Made by a program: the position numbers and the translations under genes. The notes below the pieces were generated by a model. It was not told where the DNA came from, searched no databases, and saw only the letters and a program-made list of their open reading frames with translations. Source: Terriglobia bacterium (GTDB lineage Bacteria; Acidobacteriota; Terriglobia; 20CM-2-55-15). Taken from it: a stretch of DNA of 64,000 bases. The DNA lies in the NCBI GenBank assembly GCA_965247425.1, contig OZ252023.1, positions 4,064,575-4,128,574 on the forward strand. Reading direction: 5' to 3'. Of the stretch, positions 21,090 through 31,492 are shown in pieces; the stretch's first letter is position 1, and every line of letters begins with the position of its first letter.

Positions 21090-22877
21090 CTACGACCCGG
21101 CCGGAATCAATCGGACCTGCACCTGGGCCTGGCCGCGCTGCTGGATTTCGACGGACTGTCCCCAGTCCTCATAGAGGCGGATAAAATCGGGATCGCGGTA
21201 GGCGCCGGATGGCGCATCTTCCCACGCGAAGATCTTGTAGTTGCCCGGGGCGATTCCAACGATCGAGAATCGACCGTACTGGTCGGCACTGGCTGTCTTG
21301 TAGAGGTCGGGCCGTCCGCGATCCGCGGCTGACGGAACCAGAACAACCTGTGCCCCGGTAAACGACTCTTCGGTCCCCACCTGGACCGCGCCATCAACCC
21401 GACCGCCGGCGCCACTGATCCAGAACTCCAGGGGGCCGGGGGGATCGGCTGTCACCGTCAAACCGGTCCGAAGAACGTCCGCCGCTCCGAAACGAACCTC
21501 TGCTACGTAATAGTCCGGAGGCAAGCCGGTCAGCGACGTCTGGTAGGTGGCCTGGCTGACATTGGGCATGAGGAAGGTCCCGTCATCTTCGACACCGGAG
21601 TTCGGCGCGTTGAAGGGCATGTTGTTCGCGGGCTGGAGGCGGATCCTCAAGCGACCGGTCTGTAGTCCGGATGCACTCTGATCCACGAGGACGTTTCCCG
21701 CGAGTTCCACTCCCGGCTGGACGGCCACCAGGACGTTGTCCAGATCCTGCTCGCCGACTTCGATGTCGGCGACACCCACGAGTTGGCCCTGCCCATCCCG
21801 GCCTCCGCGGCCTTGTTGGGTGCGCAGAATTGCAACGAGGGTGTAGGGTCCCGGAGCAACTCCGGTCAATTCGAACGTCCCATCCTGATTATCCCCACCG
21901 CGATTGGCCCGACCTCCGCCTCTGAGATTAAATCGGTTGCCCGAGTTGACACCGTTACGGGAAACAATCGTCACGACCGGAACAGGAGCACCTTCTCCGG
22001 TAAACGGACTGACAACCCGGCCTCGCACTGTGACCGCTCGTGTCGGGAGCACGACAAAATCGACCGCGGGGACCTCGGCCCCACCTGGCAGCGTGATGCC
22101 CGTTGCAAGCGCGGGCTCGCTGGTACCCGGATAGTACGTATCCACATAGATCTCTTCCACCGGCGATTCCAGAGCGTCCAGAAGTGCCGCTCCGCCACCG
22201 GTGCCACCACGACCTCCACGGCCGCCGCGAGCTCCACGGCCGCCCCGGCCACCGAAACCTCTTCCCTGCCCACCGCCCAGGGCCCCCCGGAATCGAGACT
22301 CGAACGTAGCGGAGACGAAGTACTCGCCGGGGTCGAGCCAGAACAATCGGTATTCGCCCAGATCGTTCGTCTGGGTCTGTTCAACCTGGGTCAGGATCTT
22401 TTCGCCATCCTGGTATTCGTAACGTAACGCACGAACATTCGCGCGGACAACCGGCTCACCGTCTTCATCGAACACACGACCCGCAATCGTCCCGGTCGGA
22501 ACCAGACTGATCACCAGATCCTCCACTTGCTGCCCGGGAGCCAGAACCAGGACCGTGCCAGGGCGGCTCGGGCTGATCTGGCCATATTGATGATCCACAT
22601 ATCCGTCTCGTTCGACGTACAGGCGGTAGTTACCCGGTTGGATGGACTCGAGGGTGAAGTGCCCGCTCGCGTCCGTAACCGCCCGGAAAGTCGGGCTGCG
22701 TCCGCGCTCGGGCCGAAGGACCACCTGCGCGCTCTTCAGCGGCTCTCCCGAGGCCACTCGAACAACGTACCCGTCGATCAAACCTAAGTCGGGAGACTCC
22801 ACTACCGGCGTCTGGGCAAACGCAAGTTGTCCGCAGAGAAGGCCACACATGATTCCAAGCTTCGCTCTAAACGTCAT
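21090..22877 (-). CDS. secreted carboxypeptidase-regulatory-like domain protein with a Gly/Arg-rich low-complexity segment
   Basis: Signal peptide. CarbopepD_reg-like N-domain (DASGHFTLESIQPGNYRLY). (GGRG)n repeat region. Confidence 0.6.
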   Translation of the reverse strand: MTFRAKLGIMCGLLCGQLAFAQTPVVESPDLGLIDGYVVRVASGEPLKSAQVVLRPERGRSPTFRAVTDASGHFTLESIQPGNYRLYVERDGYVDHQYGQISPSRPGTVLVLAPGQQVEDLVISLVPTGTIAGRVFDEDGEPVVRANVRALRYEYQDGEKILTQVEQTQTNDLGEYRLFWLDPGEYFVSATFESRFRGALGGGQGRGFGGRGGRGARGGRGGRGGTGGGAALLDALESPVEEIYVDTYYPGTSEPALATGITLPGGAEVPAVDFVVLPTRAVTVRGRVVSPFTGEGAPVPVVTIVSRNGVNSGNRFNLRGGGRANRGGDNQDGTFELTGVAPGPYTLVAILRTQQGRGGRDGQGQLVGVADIEVGEQDLDNVLVAVQPGVELAGNVLVDQSASGLQTGRLRIRLQPANNMPFNAPNSGVEDDGTFLMPNVSQATYQTSLTGLPPDYYVAEVRFGAADVLRTGLTVTADPPGPLEFWISGAGGRVDGAVQVGTEESFTGAQVVLVPSAADRGRPDLYKTASADQYGRFSIVGIAPGNYKIFAWEDAPSGAYRDPDFIRLYEDWGQSVEIQQRGQAQVQVRLIPAGS

Positions 22878-23184
22878 CTATCCTCTCATTCTCTTAATTA
22901 CGGATCGCCTTAGACAGAGGTTACCCCAGGTGTCCGATTTAACAACTTCAAACGATTGGGATTGCAGGCCGGAACACCCACGCCTCCGCCATCCGTTTGA
23001 ATTCCCAATAGAATCAAGCTATTACAGCGGCATCGTGTCGACCAGCAATTATATGATATAAATATACTCATATTATTTGATATAATAACCATCATGCTTT
23101 ATAACTAAACATGTCAATAGTCGCCGGGACGAATGCCCGGCTGGACTCAGATCCAATAACGATTTATTCGAGGAGGGTAGAAAC

Positions 23185-23628
23185 ATGGCATTGGTAAGAT
23201 GGGACCCATTTCGGGAACTGAACACGTTCGAGAGTCAGGTCAACCGGATTTTCGGAGGGCCGGGCAGAAACTGCTCCGGCCGGGGTTCGGCCAATACGAC
23301 AACCTGGGCGCCGAACGTCGACATCTTTGAAACCGATACCGACCTGGTCTTGAAGGCCGAGCTGCCGGGAGTCGATCCGAAGAACGTCGATCTCAGCCTG
23401 GAGAAGAACGTTCTGACGCTCAAGGGGGAGCGGGCCTTTGAGAACGAGGACGAGAAGGACAACTATCACCGCATCGAGCGCTCATACGGCTCGTTCACCC
23501 GCTCCTTCACACTGCCTGCCATCATCGAGGAGGCCAAGATCCGTGCCGATTACAAGGACGGAGTCCTCACGGTGAGCCTGCCGAAGAAGGAAACCGTAAA
23601 GCCCCGCCAGATCAAGATCGCGTCATGA
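23185..23628 (+). CDS. Hsp20/alpha-crystallin family small heat-shock protein
   Basis: Classic sHSP features (WDPFRELN...; GVLTVSLPK). Strong SD GAGGAGG upstream. Confidence 0.9.
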   Translation: MALVRWDPFRELNTFESQVNRIFGGPGRNCSGRGSANTTTWAPNVDIFETDTDLVLKAELPGVDPKNVDLSLEKNVLTLKGERAFENEDEKDNYHRIERSYGSFTRSFTLPAIIEEAKIRADYKDGVLTVSLPKKETVKPRQIKIAS

Positions 23629-23629
23629 G

Positions 23630-23660
23630 TTTTTTGAAGGGGCCAGCCCCTTCAAAAAAC
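23630..23660. terminator. rho-independent terminator after hsp20
   Basis: TTTTTTGAAGGGG-CCAG-CCCCTTCAAAAAA: perfect stem flanked by T/A runs (bidirectional). Confidence 0.7.
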
Positions 23661-23668
23661 TTTAAATA

Positions 23669-23696
23669 GGGAAATGAGGCCCAGGCCTCATTTCCC
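23669..23696. terminator. second perfect hairpin (GGGAAATGAGGCC/GGCCTCATTTCCC) just before the ampG start
   Basis: 13-bp perfect inverted repeat with a 2-nt loop. Confidence 0.4.
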
Positions 23697-23697
23697 T

Positions 23698-24969
23698 ATG
23701 TCAATATTGGCGGCGATGTTCGAGAGTGATCGCTCCCTGCTGAACGTCTTCAGGAGCCGGAAGATGTTCTACGTTCTGCTGCTGGGGTTTTCCTCGGGGC
23801 TGCCGCTCTATCTGACGAGCCGGACCCTCCAGGCCTGGCTGACCGTCGAAGGCGTCGATCTGACCACCATCGGACTTTTCAGTCTGGTTGCGATTCCCTA
23901 CTCCCTCAAGTTCGTCTGGTCCCCGATTCTCGACCGCTTCTCCCTGCCGTTCCTCGGACGCCGAAGAGGGTGGATGGGACTGTCTCAATTATTCCTGGTG
24001 GCCGCAATCGGTGCGATGGCCCTGGCCCGGCCCGGCGATGGGACCACTTTCCTGGCCACCGTAGCGCTCCTGATCGCCTTCTTCAGCGCCACACAGGATA
24101 TCGCGATCGACGCCTACAGAACCGATGTACTCGAAGAGCGGGAAATGGGCGCCGGAGCCGCATTGAACGTTCTGGGCTACCGTGTCGCAATGCTTCTCAC
24201 CGGCGCGGGCGCCCTGATCCTGGCGGACAGTATGGGCTGGCCCCTTGTCTATATAGTCATGGCTGGCTTCATGCTCGTCGGCATGGCCGCCTCCTACCGG
24301 GCTCCAGAACCGACAAACCCGGGCACACCGCCGGCGTCACTGGTTCAGGCGATTCGGGATCCGTTCGTGGAGTTTGTCACCCGGTTCAGATTCGGGAGGG
24401 CGTTTTTCGTCCTGGGTTTCATCGTCGTTTACAAGCTCGGTGATGCGCTCGTGAACAACATGACGACGCCGTTCCTGCTGCAAACCGGCTTTACTCAAAC
24501 CGATGTCGGCGCCGTTCAGGGAGGCATGGGGCTGTTGGCGACAATCATCGGGATACTGGCCGGTGGCGCCCTGTTGAGTCGGATGGGGATTCTTCGGTCC
24601 CTGTGGATCTTTGGATTCTTCCAGGCCGCCAGCAACCTGGTTTACCTCGCCCTGGCCGAAGCCGGCCGAAACTACTGGATGATGGTCGTCACGATCAACT
24701 TTGAGTATTTTTCGGCGGGGCTCGGGACCGCGGCCTTTGTGGCGTTCCTGATGAGTCTCTGCAACCACCGGTTCACCGCCACCCAGTATGCTCTGCTTTC
24801 GTCCTTGATGGCCGTCAGCCGCGACGTCATCGCGGCGCCTTCGGGCAGAATCGTTGAGGTGGTGGGTTGGCCGATGTTCTTCTTCATCAGCTTCGTCGTA
24901 GCGCTGCCGGGCCTGGCGATGCTGTGGTTCTTACGATCCAAGACAGGACCAGAAGCTCATTTTCGATGA
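23698..24969 (+). CDS. ampG: AmpG-family MFS muropeptide permease
   Basis: Multi-TM MFS. AmpG-like loop motif (SGLPLYLTSRTLQAWL...LKFVWSPILDRF). Start chosen after the hairpins. Confidence 0.6.
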   Translation: MSILAAMFESDRSLLNVFRSRKMFYVLLLGFSSGLPLYLTSRTLQAWLTVEGVDLTTIGLFSLVAIPYSLKFVWSPILDRFSLPFLGRRRGWMGLSQLFLVAAIGAMALARPGDGTTFLATVALLIAFFSATQDIAIDAYRTDVLEEREMGAGAALNVLGYRVAMLLTGAGALILADSMGWPLVYIVMAGFMLVGMAASYRAPEPTNPGTPPASLVQAIRDPFVEFVTRFRFGRAFFVLGFIVVYKLGDALVNNMTTPFLLQTGFTQTDVGAVQGGMGLLATIIGILAGGALLSRMGILRSLWIFGFFQAASNLVYLALAEAGRNYWMMVVTINFEYFSAGLGTAAFVAFLMSLCNHRFTATQYALLSSLMAVSRDVIAAPSGRIVEVVGWPMFFFISFVVALPGLAMLWFLRSKTGPEAHFR

Positions 24970-25041
24970 ACTGACGGATAGGGTTGTCACTTTGCCGGCT
25001 TCCTACCCGATGACCCCGGCTGTATCCATGACTCTTCAAAA

Positions 25042-25725
25042 TCAGTCATCGATCGGGCCCTCGGCCAGGCCCGCGTGGCGCCGCATCTGCCCGATGAACC
25101 GCCGATCGATTTCCCGTAAGGTCGCCCAGTCGAGGTCCTCCTGATTCGACGTTTGATCCGGATCCAGGGAAAGAAGAGCCGAATCGGCCATCAACAGAAC
25201 GTTGAGGAAGGGCCCGTACGGATTCGATGAACCTGCGGCTTCCACCGCTATGGCTTCGCATTGGGAGGGGTCGAATCCTTGAAGCGGCCGTTTCGCTATC
25301 AAGGCGCCGAACCTGTCCTTGATCTCTTGAAACGGGACGGGCACCTTCAGATAGTCCGGGTCGCTTCCGTCGGGCTGTGTTTCCGAAGGAGCCGCTTCGC
25401 GGATACACAACATGCTTTCCTGGAACTGCATGCCATTCCAGGAGGAGGTCTGATGGGTCATACATCGGAAACCCAGGACCTCGAACAGCGGTTCAATCGA
25501 ACCTGCTAGGAAGAACCGAAAACCCGTTGTTCTGGTAAATCCGCGGAGTATCTGCCGCAGACGCTCCGACACCGCCCCGACATCCTGGCGTTGAATCCCC
25601 CGGTGCAGTTCCAGAGGGCCATAGCCCTCCTGCTCTTCTGCGTAATGCAACCATCCACGCTCTTCCATAGACATGGCGATCCGGACTGCAAGCAGACATC
25701 GCGAATCCACGTTATGAGACATCAT
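25042..25725 (-). CDS. hypothetical protein
   Basis: 227-aa ORF with coding-like composition. No motif recognised. Confidence 0.35.
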   Translation of the reverse strand: MMSHNVDSRCLLAVRIAMSMEERGWLHYAEEQEGYGPLELHRGIQRQDVGAVSERLRQILRGFTRTTGFRFFLAGSIEPLFEVLGFRCMTHQTSSWNGMQFQESMLCIREAAPSETQPDGSDPDYLKVPVPFQEIKDRFGALIAKRPLQGFDPSQCEAIAVEAAGSSNPYGPFLNVLLMADSALLSLDPDQTSNQEDLDWATLREIDRRFIGQMRRHAGLAEGPIDD

Positions 25726-25758
25726 GTTGCAGTAGACAAAGCTGAAGACCTCGGACGG

Positions 25759-26088
25759 TTAGTAATACTCGGCCCGGGCGTTGTCGAAACGAACGTTGGT
25801 GACGCCGGCGCCGCGTGCGATCGCGTCGGCTTCGGCGATCGCAGCCGCGTCGGGATCGATGGCGACAACCCGGTCGAAGTGACTGGCCAGGGCAAACGAA
25901 TCGAGACCGGCTTGACATCCGATGTCCAAAGCGGCGGCGTTCGAGAGCCTGTCACACCCTTCGAGCACCTGTTCGATGTGGCTGTAGCTGGAATTTATCC
26001 GTTTGACCGTATATTCGGACGCGATCTCGCGGTTATTCTCAAGCCACGGGCGGATGTCGCGCGTCAAGATCTGCTCGGTGGTGCTCAT
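25759..26088 (-). CDS. class I SAM-dependent methyltransferase, short and probably truncated
   Basis: Motif I LDIGCQAGLDS, acidic VVAIDPD, then NVRFDNARAEYY followed directly by a stop. Only 109 aa. Confidence 0.5.
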   Translation of the reverse strand: MSTTEQILTRDIRPWLENNREIASEYTVKRINSSYSHIEQVLEGCDRLSNAAALDIGCQAGLDSFALASHFDRVVAIDPDAAAIAEADAIARGAGVTNVRFDNARAEYY

Positions 26089-26475
26089 CGAAGTCCTCTT
26101 ATTCCAAGATGCGGGTATCGCAACAAAAGCTTCAGCGTACTGCTAAGCAGTTGGGTTGCCGTTCGTTCGAGCGACCGCACCGGGTGACTGTCGCCCGATC
26201 AGCCGAACTCAGGAGGGAAGCCAATTCGACGTAATGCATTTGTTTTAAATGAGATATCTTCAGTTGTGATAGGTGCGCGGGATGCCCGGTCGCGATGCAC
26301 CCGGTTCGACCCTGTCGGTTGCCCCATCCTCCTTCCTGTCAAATTCTTGAATCCCAGGAATCAGGACCGCTGACACGACCGGGCAGTTTCCGGACCACGG
26401 ATATGATTGATTCGGTTCTCTTTTGCGTCTATTCTTGCGAATCCAGGATCGCAAGAACAGGAGCCGGCAGGGACT

Positions 26476-27924
26476 ATGAGCAGGAAGAGAAAAACGCGGA
26501 TACTCTGGCAGACCGCAATCAACGAGATCGAGTACGACATCCAGATGATGTTCGCCGGTTTGCCCCGCTACACGGTGAGTTTGAGCGATCCATCCCCCAG
26601 AAACACCTACTTCTTCCCTGTGGACGTGAAGATCGACTATTTCAACACGGTCTCGGAGGGCGCCATCACGGTCGCAATCAAGGAGTTCAAGCCCGACATC
26701 ATGGTGCATCGGTACCGGCAGCCGATCGAGCCGTTGCTTGCGGCCTGCAAGAAGACGAAGACACGCCTGCTCGTCTGGATCAGCGAGCAGGGGCCGGAAC
26801 GGGAAGTGGAGATCGGACGGGCGCAGCGCTTTCACAACGTCATAGCCAACAACGACTCCGATTACGATTACTACAGAGAAAACGGTGTCGAGAACATGTA
26901 CAAAATGCCGTTCGGCTGCACGCCTTCGTTTCACAGGAAGGTGCGCGCTCCCGCAAAGTACAGGACCGACGTCGTCTGTTACGGCAACCCGCTCTACAAC
27001 CACTACGAAAGCAAGCGGAAAGCGGTCGACACCCTGGTAAAACCCGTCGTGCGGGCCGGAATCGACGTGTCGCTCTGGGGCACGGCTACTGGAAGCGGGG
27101 GATGGCTCGAGATACCGTACGTCAAGCGGAAGGCCGACGCGTACCGCGGCGTGTTTTCCTACGAAGATCTACCGGCGGTGAACTCGGGGGCCAAGATCGT
27201 GCTTGGAATTACAGCCAACGCCCAGTACGGCGCTTATGGAAGCAGGCTGGCCCGCGCGCTCGCATGCGGTTCTTTCCTGATCTGGCACTACACCGAAGGG
27301 ATGGAAAAGTATGCCGAAAATCACAAGCACCTCTGTTGGAGTTCATCGCCGAAAGAAACGCTGGAGCTGGTGAAGTTCTACCTCAAGAATGACAGGGCGC
27401 GGAACAAGATCGCCCGAGAGGGACAGCGGTACGCCTACGAGCACCTCAGCTACGAGAAAATGCTTCTCCCCATCATCGACGACGTTCTCGACCAACCCAA
27501 GGTCAAGCACTCGTCGGCGTGGTACCGGAAGTGGCTGCCCGTCAAGACGCGCTACCGTAACGGCGACTATGAGGCCACTGTGGAGGGGGTCGACCGGTTG
27601 CTCGCCGTATCCCATGGTGCGGAGTCACTGAGAGATGAGCTGCTCTTCTACCAGGCGAATTCGTTCTACCACCTTGGCCAGTTCAAACGATCCGTAGATG
27701 TGCTGCGCGACGTGCTCGGGCGTAAGAAGCATCCCGAGGTCCTGAATAATCTCGGTGTGTTGCTGTACAAGCTGGGAAAGACTGCCGAGGGGCAACGCCG
27801 GATTCAGGAAGCGCTGGACGTGAGGCCCGGATACCTGGACGCAAAATTCAACCTGGAGTTTGCCCGCCTCAATGCGCCCAACGCCATCGAACTGAAACTC
27901 ACCAACGGCTTCATCCGGACCTAG
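26476..27924 (+). CDS. CgeB-like glycosyltransferase (DUF3880 + GT1-like) with C-terminal TPR repeats
   Basis: Start at MSRKRK. C-terminal GT segment (KIVLGITANAQYGAYGSRLARALACGSFLIWHY) resembles the CgeB family. The last ~100 aa are TPR-like. Confidence 0.55.
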   Translation: MSRKRKTRILWQTAINEIEYDIQMMFAGLPRYTVSLSDPSPRNTYFFPVDVKIDYFNTVSEGAITVAIKEFKPDIMVHRYRQPIEPLLAACKKTKTRLLVWISEQGPEREVEIGRAQRFHNVIANNDSDYDYYRENGVENMYKMPFGCTPSFHRKVRAPAKYRTDVVCYGNPLYNHYESKRKAVDTLVKPVVRAGIDVSLWGTATGSGGWLEIPYVKRKADAYRGVFSYEDLPAVNSGAKIVLGITANAQYGAYGSRLARALACGSFLIWHYTEGMEKYAENHKHLCWSSSPKETLELVKFYLKNDRARNKIAREGQRYAYEHLSYEKMLLPIIDDVLDQPKVKHSSAWYRKWLPVKTRYRNGDYEATVEGVDRLLAVSHGAESLRDELLFYQANSFYHLGQFKRSVDVLRDVLGRKKHPEVLNNLGVLLYKLGKTAEGQRRIQEALDVRPGYLDAKFNLEFARLNAPNAIELKLTNGFIRT

Positions 27925-27971
27925 TACTGTCATGGAGAAAGCCTCCACCGCAACCTCACCCGGAGGCCAGA

Positions 27972-29129
27972 TTGCCCAACCCTGACGACTATCTCGAACG
28001 GGCCAGGCAATACTGGAGGCACGCCCCCGGAGGCGGGGGGAAAGTCGATACCGTCCGTCTCCTGGAAGCTTCCGACGAAGAGTTTCTGCGCACATGGGAC
28101 GAAGCCAGACGGGGCAGACGACTGACTTACTGGGAAGAAGAGGACTTCCTCAGGTATTTCGCATCGCGAGCACGCGACCGTGATGTTTTTTCTTTCGGCT
28201 GTGGCCTGGGGTACAGCGAACTGGACTTGCTCGAAGCTAATGCGCGCGTCACGTTCGCCGACATCGTGCCGAGCACGATAGCTTGTGTCGAACGCCTGTG
28301 TAGCCTGCGAGGGTACGCGGATCGCAGCCGTTTCATGCTCATGGATGATTCTGCCGACGTCGGCGTCGGGGGACCGTATGACTTCGTCTTTGCCTACGGC
28401 AGCCTGATGCACATGCCGGAAGAACGTCAGGCTGCGGTTCTCGGGAGCATGTTCGATGCGCTCCGGCCGGGCGGAGCGATCTGGCTGATGCTCTACACTC
28501 CCCGTTTCGTTCAGTCGGTCGGCTCTGCCTTCAGCCAGGAGGAGTTTGGACGCGCTTCGGATCCATCGGTCGGCGAGTTGGACAACCCGTGGTCGGACTG
28601 GCACGACGACGAAAAGCTACTTCGCCTTGCCGGCCCCCAGGCATGCATCTTGAACCGCGAGGAATTCAACGAAGGCCGCTATGTCTGGTACGGCCTGGGT
28701 CGGCGTGACGAACATGGTTCAACTTCGGCCGAGCTGTTTGTCGATCTCCCCTCAATCGAGGCTGCGCGTAGCGCCGAGGAATCAAGGGTTGACGGAGGAT
28801 TGGATATCTCCACAACTCCGAACAATTTCCACTACGCGGTCGAATTTCCGGAGATCGGCCTGGGCGGGACTATTCCCGATCGCTTGTTGTTTGACGCCTT
28901 CGTCGAGCGGGGAGGGTTCGCGATCGGTCTTCTCGACATCGAAATGAACCGTTTCTTCTACAACTGTGTCGTCTGGCGGGACGGCATGGTTCGCGGAAGC
29001 AGAGACCTTGGCACAGTCGAGTGGCCGGACCGTTTTCGGGTCGTCGTTTCGAACTACCAGCCGGGTACGCCCGCCGCTTCAGAGTGGAGGCTGGATCGGA
29101 TCGCCTTCTACAAGACTTCCGAAGACTAA
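27972..29129 (+). CDS. class I SAM-dependent methyltransferase with a C-terminal extension
   Basis: Motif I VFSFGCGLGYSELDL. D/E post-I. LRPGGAIW (motif III). 385 aa. Confidence 0.6.
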   Translation: MPNPDDYLERARQYWRHAPGGGGKVDTVRLLEASDEEFLRTWDEARRGRRLTYWEEEDFLRYFASRARDRDVFSFGCGLGYSELDLLEANARVTFADIVPSTIACVERLCSLRGYADRSRFMLMDDSADVGVGGPYDFVFAYGSLMHMPEERQAAVLGSMFDALRPGGAIWLMLYTPRFVQSVGSAFSQEEFGRASDPSVGELDNPWSDWHDDEKLLRLAGPQACILNREEFNEGRYVWYGLGRRDEHGSTSAELFVDLPSIEAARSAEESRVDGGLDISTTPNNFHYAVEFPEIGLGGTIPDRLLFDAFVERGGFAIGLLDIEMNRFFYNCVVWRDGMVRGSRDLGTVEWPDRFRVVVSNYQPGTPAASEWRLDRIAFYKTSED

Positions 29130-29169
29130 TTAGGGGGCAGAGCCCTCAAGACCCTAATTCGTTTTGGGC

Positions 29170-30525
29170 TCAGTCTTTGCGAGTGACTTCCAAAACAAGC
29201 AGCACAAGGGCATTGGCGCCAAGGGCCGGCAGGACGGGATCCAGTTGTGACAACCCGCTACCCAACAACCCACCGTCAAGCAGAACCTTCCAAACCAGGG
29301 CGGTACCGAGACCGGCAACCATTCCACCGACAACAGCGCGTCCGGATGTCTTTGGGCGTAGCAGCGCGGCCAGCAACGCAGGCGTGAGACTGGCTCCATA
29401 GAGCGTGTACGCATAAAGCGCAACACTCAAAAACTCTTCCCAGAGAAAGGCGGGCAACAGGGCGAACAGCCCGAACGCGACGACAAGAACGCGTTGCTTG
29501 AACGTCGTCGTCATTCCACTGCCCAGATCCATCGAGGCGGTCGTCGAACAGGCCAGCAGGTAGGAATCGGCCGTCGACACGATGACGGCGACTGCCGTTG
29601 CGGCCAGCAGCAGCCCAACCACGGGAGGAAAGACGGTGAAGGCCATTTCGATGATCACGTGCCCAGGGTTGGCAGGTTCGTTCGGCAACAGAACCCGACC
29701 GAACAACGCAACTCCGATAATGGCGCTTTCCAGCACCAGCAACGCCGCAAACGCTCCGAAAGCCGCCCGGCGGGCCGTTCGGGGTGACTCGGCCGCCAGG
29801 AAACGCTGATACATGTTCGCGTCTCCCAGGATTAACAGAAACGGTGGGAGCATCACGTTGATCCATCCCAACGTCCCCAGACCTCCTGAGAGTCGCAGCA
29901 GGTCGGGGTCGAATGGCTGGAGCTGCGGGTTCCAGCCGCTCCAGGCCAACCCCAGCGCAAACAGCAGTCCGGTACTCAACACGATGCCGTTCACCACGTC
30001 GGTCAATGCCACGCTGATCAAACCGGCAAGGGCGGTATAAAGAATGATGAAGGCGGCAAAGCCGACGCGCAGCATGGCCTGGTCCGCCCCGGGGAAGATT
30101 CTCTCTGCAACCGCGGCACCCGCCCTGTACTGATAGGAAACGATGACCAGGTACGCCAGAATCACCGAGACCGCACTCAAGACCTGAGCGACGCGGCCGA
30201 ATCGGAGGCCGAGAATCTGTGGGACGCTCGATGCCGGCAGTTCGCGGATCCGCGGCGCCAGGTAGGCCAGCAGGAGCATGCCGACAATTCCGGATATGGG
30301 GAGAAAGAAGCCAGCGACGCCGGTCTCGTAGGTGAACTCGCTGTTTCCGAAAAGTGAACCGGTTCCGATCCAGGTGGCCGTCAGCGTTCCGGCCAGAACC
30401 GGGGCTCCGATCCTCCTACCGGCAAGGGCGAAGTCCTCCGCTGAGCGAACCTTCCGGGCATGCCACACCCCGATGCCCGTCATACCCAGCAGGAACAGGA
30501 CGATTACCGGAAGCGCCAGTTCCAT
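29170..30525 (-). CDS. sodium:solute symporter family (SSF) transporter
   Basis: Roughly 13 TM helices. SSF-like N-terminal region (GRRIGAPVLAGTLTATWIGTGSLFG). Confidence 0.75.
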   Translation of the reverse strand: MELALPVIVLFLLGMTGIGVWHARKVRSAEDFALAGRRIGAPVLAGTLTATWIGTGSLFGNSEFTYETGVAGFFLPISGIVGMLLLAYLAPRIRELPASSVPQILGLRFGRVAQVLSAVSVILAYLVIVSYQYRAGAAVAERIFPGADQAMLRVGFAAFIILYTALAGLISVALTDVVNGIVLSTGLLFALGLAWSGWNPQLQPFDPDLLRLSGGLGTLGWINVMLPPFLLILGDANMYQRFLAAESPRTARRAAFGAFAALLVLESAIIGVALFGRVLLPNEPANPGHVIIEMAFTVFPPVVGLLLAATAVAVIVSTADSYLLACSTTASMDLGSGMTTTFKQRVLVVAFGLFALLPAFLWEEFLSVALYAYTLYGASLTPALLAALLRPKTSGRAVVGGMVAGLGTALVWKVLLDGGLLGSGLSQLDPVLPALGANALVLLVLEVTRKD

Positions 30526-30864
30526 CGAATACCCTTACGTTACCGCCCTCGACAATAAAAATGCCGCGCCTCCGTGCTTAATCCCCCACGCCATTTACGG
30601 GTGACCAATAACTGGAGACGCGGCCCCCGATACAAACTTTTTGATGTCTGGTCGAGGCTGGGCCTTATTCAATAGGAAGACGTCGGGTTTTGCAACCGAT
30701 TCATACAGTTTTTCTTGGGATGCCGCCGGTTCCAATTTCCCTGAGGATATGGTAGTTTCTAGCCCGGTTTGACGGGGTTCGGGAAGCGAGCAAGTTTCTG
30801 GAATTGTCCCAGGGACTGTTTGGTTCTGTTTAACGGCTTTCAAAAGAAGAGGAGAGGAAGACCG

Positions 30865-31476
30865 ATGCTGGACCTGCACACGACACTAATGTTTCTGCTG
30901 AGATGGATCCACCTTTTGGCGGGTATCACGTGGATCGGTCTGCTTTACTTCTTCAACTTCATCAACATTCCCTTAACGGGCACGATGGATGGTGACACGA
31001 AGAAGAAAGTGGTGCCGGAACTGATGCCGCGAGTGCTGTTTTTCTTCCGTTGGGGCGCGATGTTCACATTCCTGTCGGGACTGGGCATCATCGTCATCAA
31101 GTATTTCATTCTGGGATCGGGGTTCACCGGTCCGTCGGGGCTGATGTCGACGCCCGGAGGATTGTGGATCACCGTCGGCGGGCTTTTCGGAACCGTGATG
31201 TGGTTCAACGTCTGGTTCATTATCTGGCCCGCGCAACAAAAAATCATTCCCGCCATCAAGGCAGGAGAGGCGCCACCGGCCGGCCTGCCGGCCAAGGCAG
31301 GCATGGCCTCGAAGATCAACACGTACATGTCGGTCCCGCTGCTCTTCTTCATGGGAGCCGGGTCGGAAGGGCACTATCCGATCTTCAACTACTACACGCT
31401 GGTGCTGGTCACCGTGGGAGGCTTTGCGTTCGTGAAGTTCTGTTACGGATTTTCGAAGAAAGTCAAAGGGATGTAG
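30865..31476 (+). CDS. CopD/HemJ/PuuD-like integral membrane protein
   Basis: Start at MLDLHTT with SD GAGGAGAGG upstream. Motif RWIHLLAGITWIGLLYFFNF (HxxAGxxWxG), typical of this superfamily. Four TM helices. Confidence 0.45.
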   Translation: MLDLHTTLMFLLRWIHLLAGITWIGLLYFFNFINIPLTGTMDGDTKKKVVPELMPRVLFFFRWGAMFTFLSGLGIIVIKYFILGSGFTGPSGLMSTPGGLWITVGGLFGTVMWFNVWFIIWPAQQKIIPAIKAGEAPPAGLPAKAGMASKINTYMSVPLLFFMGAGSEGHYPIFNYYTLVLVTVGGFAFVKFCYGFSKKVKGM

Positions 31477-31492
31477 CTCTAAAGGCAACAAA

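Noticed and set aside
23100-23184. CIRCE/HAIR/ROSE heat-shock elements upstream of hsp20
   Set aside because: Consensus sequences (TTAGCACTC-N9-GAGTGCTAA; CTTGAGT-N7-ACTCAAG) are not present.
26295-27392. 365-aa ORF in an alternative frame to the CgeB-like gene
   Set aside because: Arg/Gly/Pro-rich low-complexity translation; the 26476-27924 frame gives a recognisable glycosyltransferase–TPR protein.
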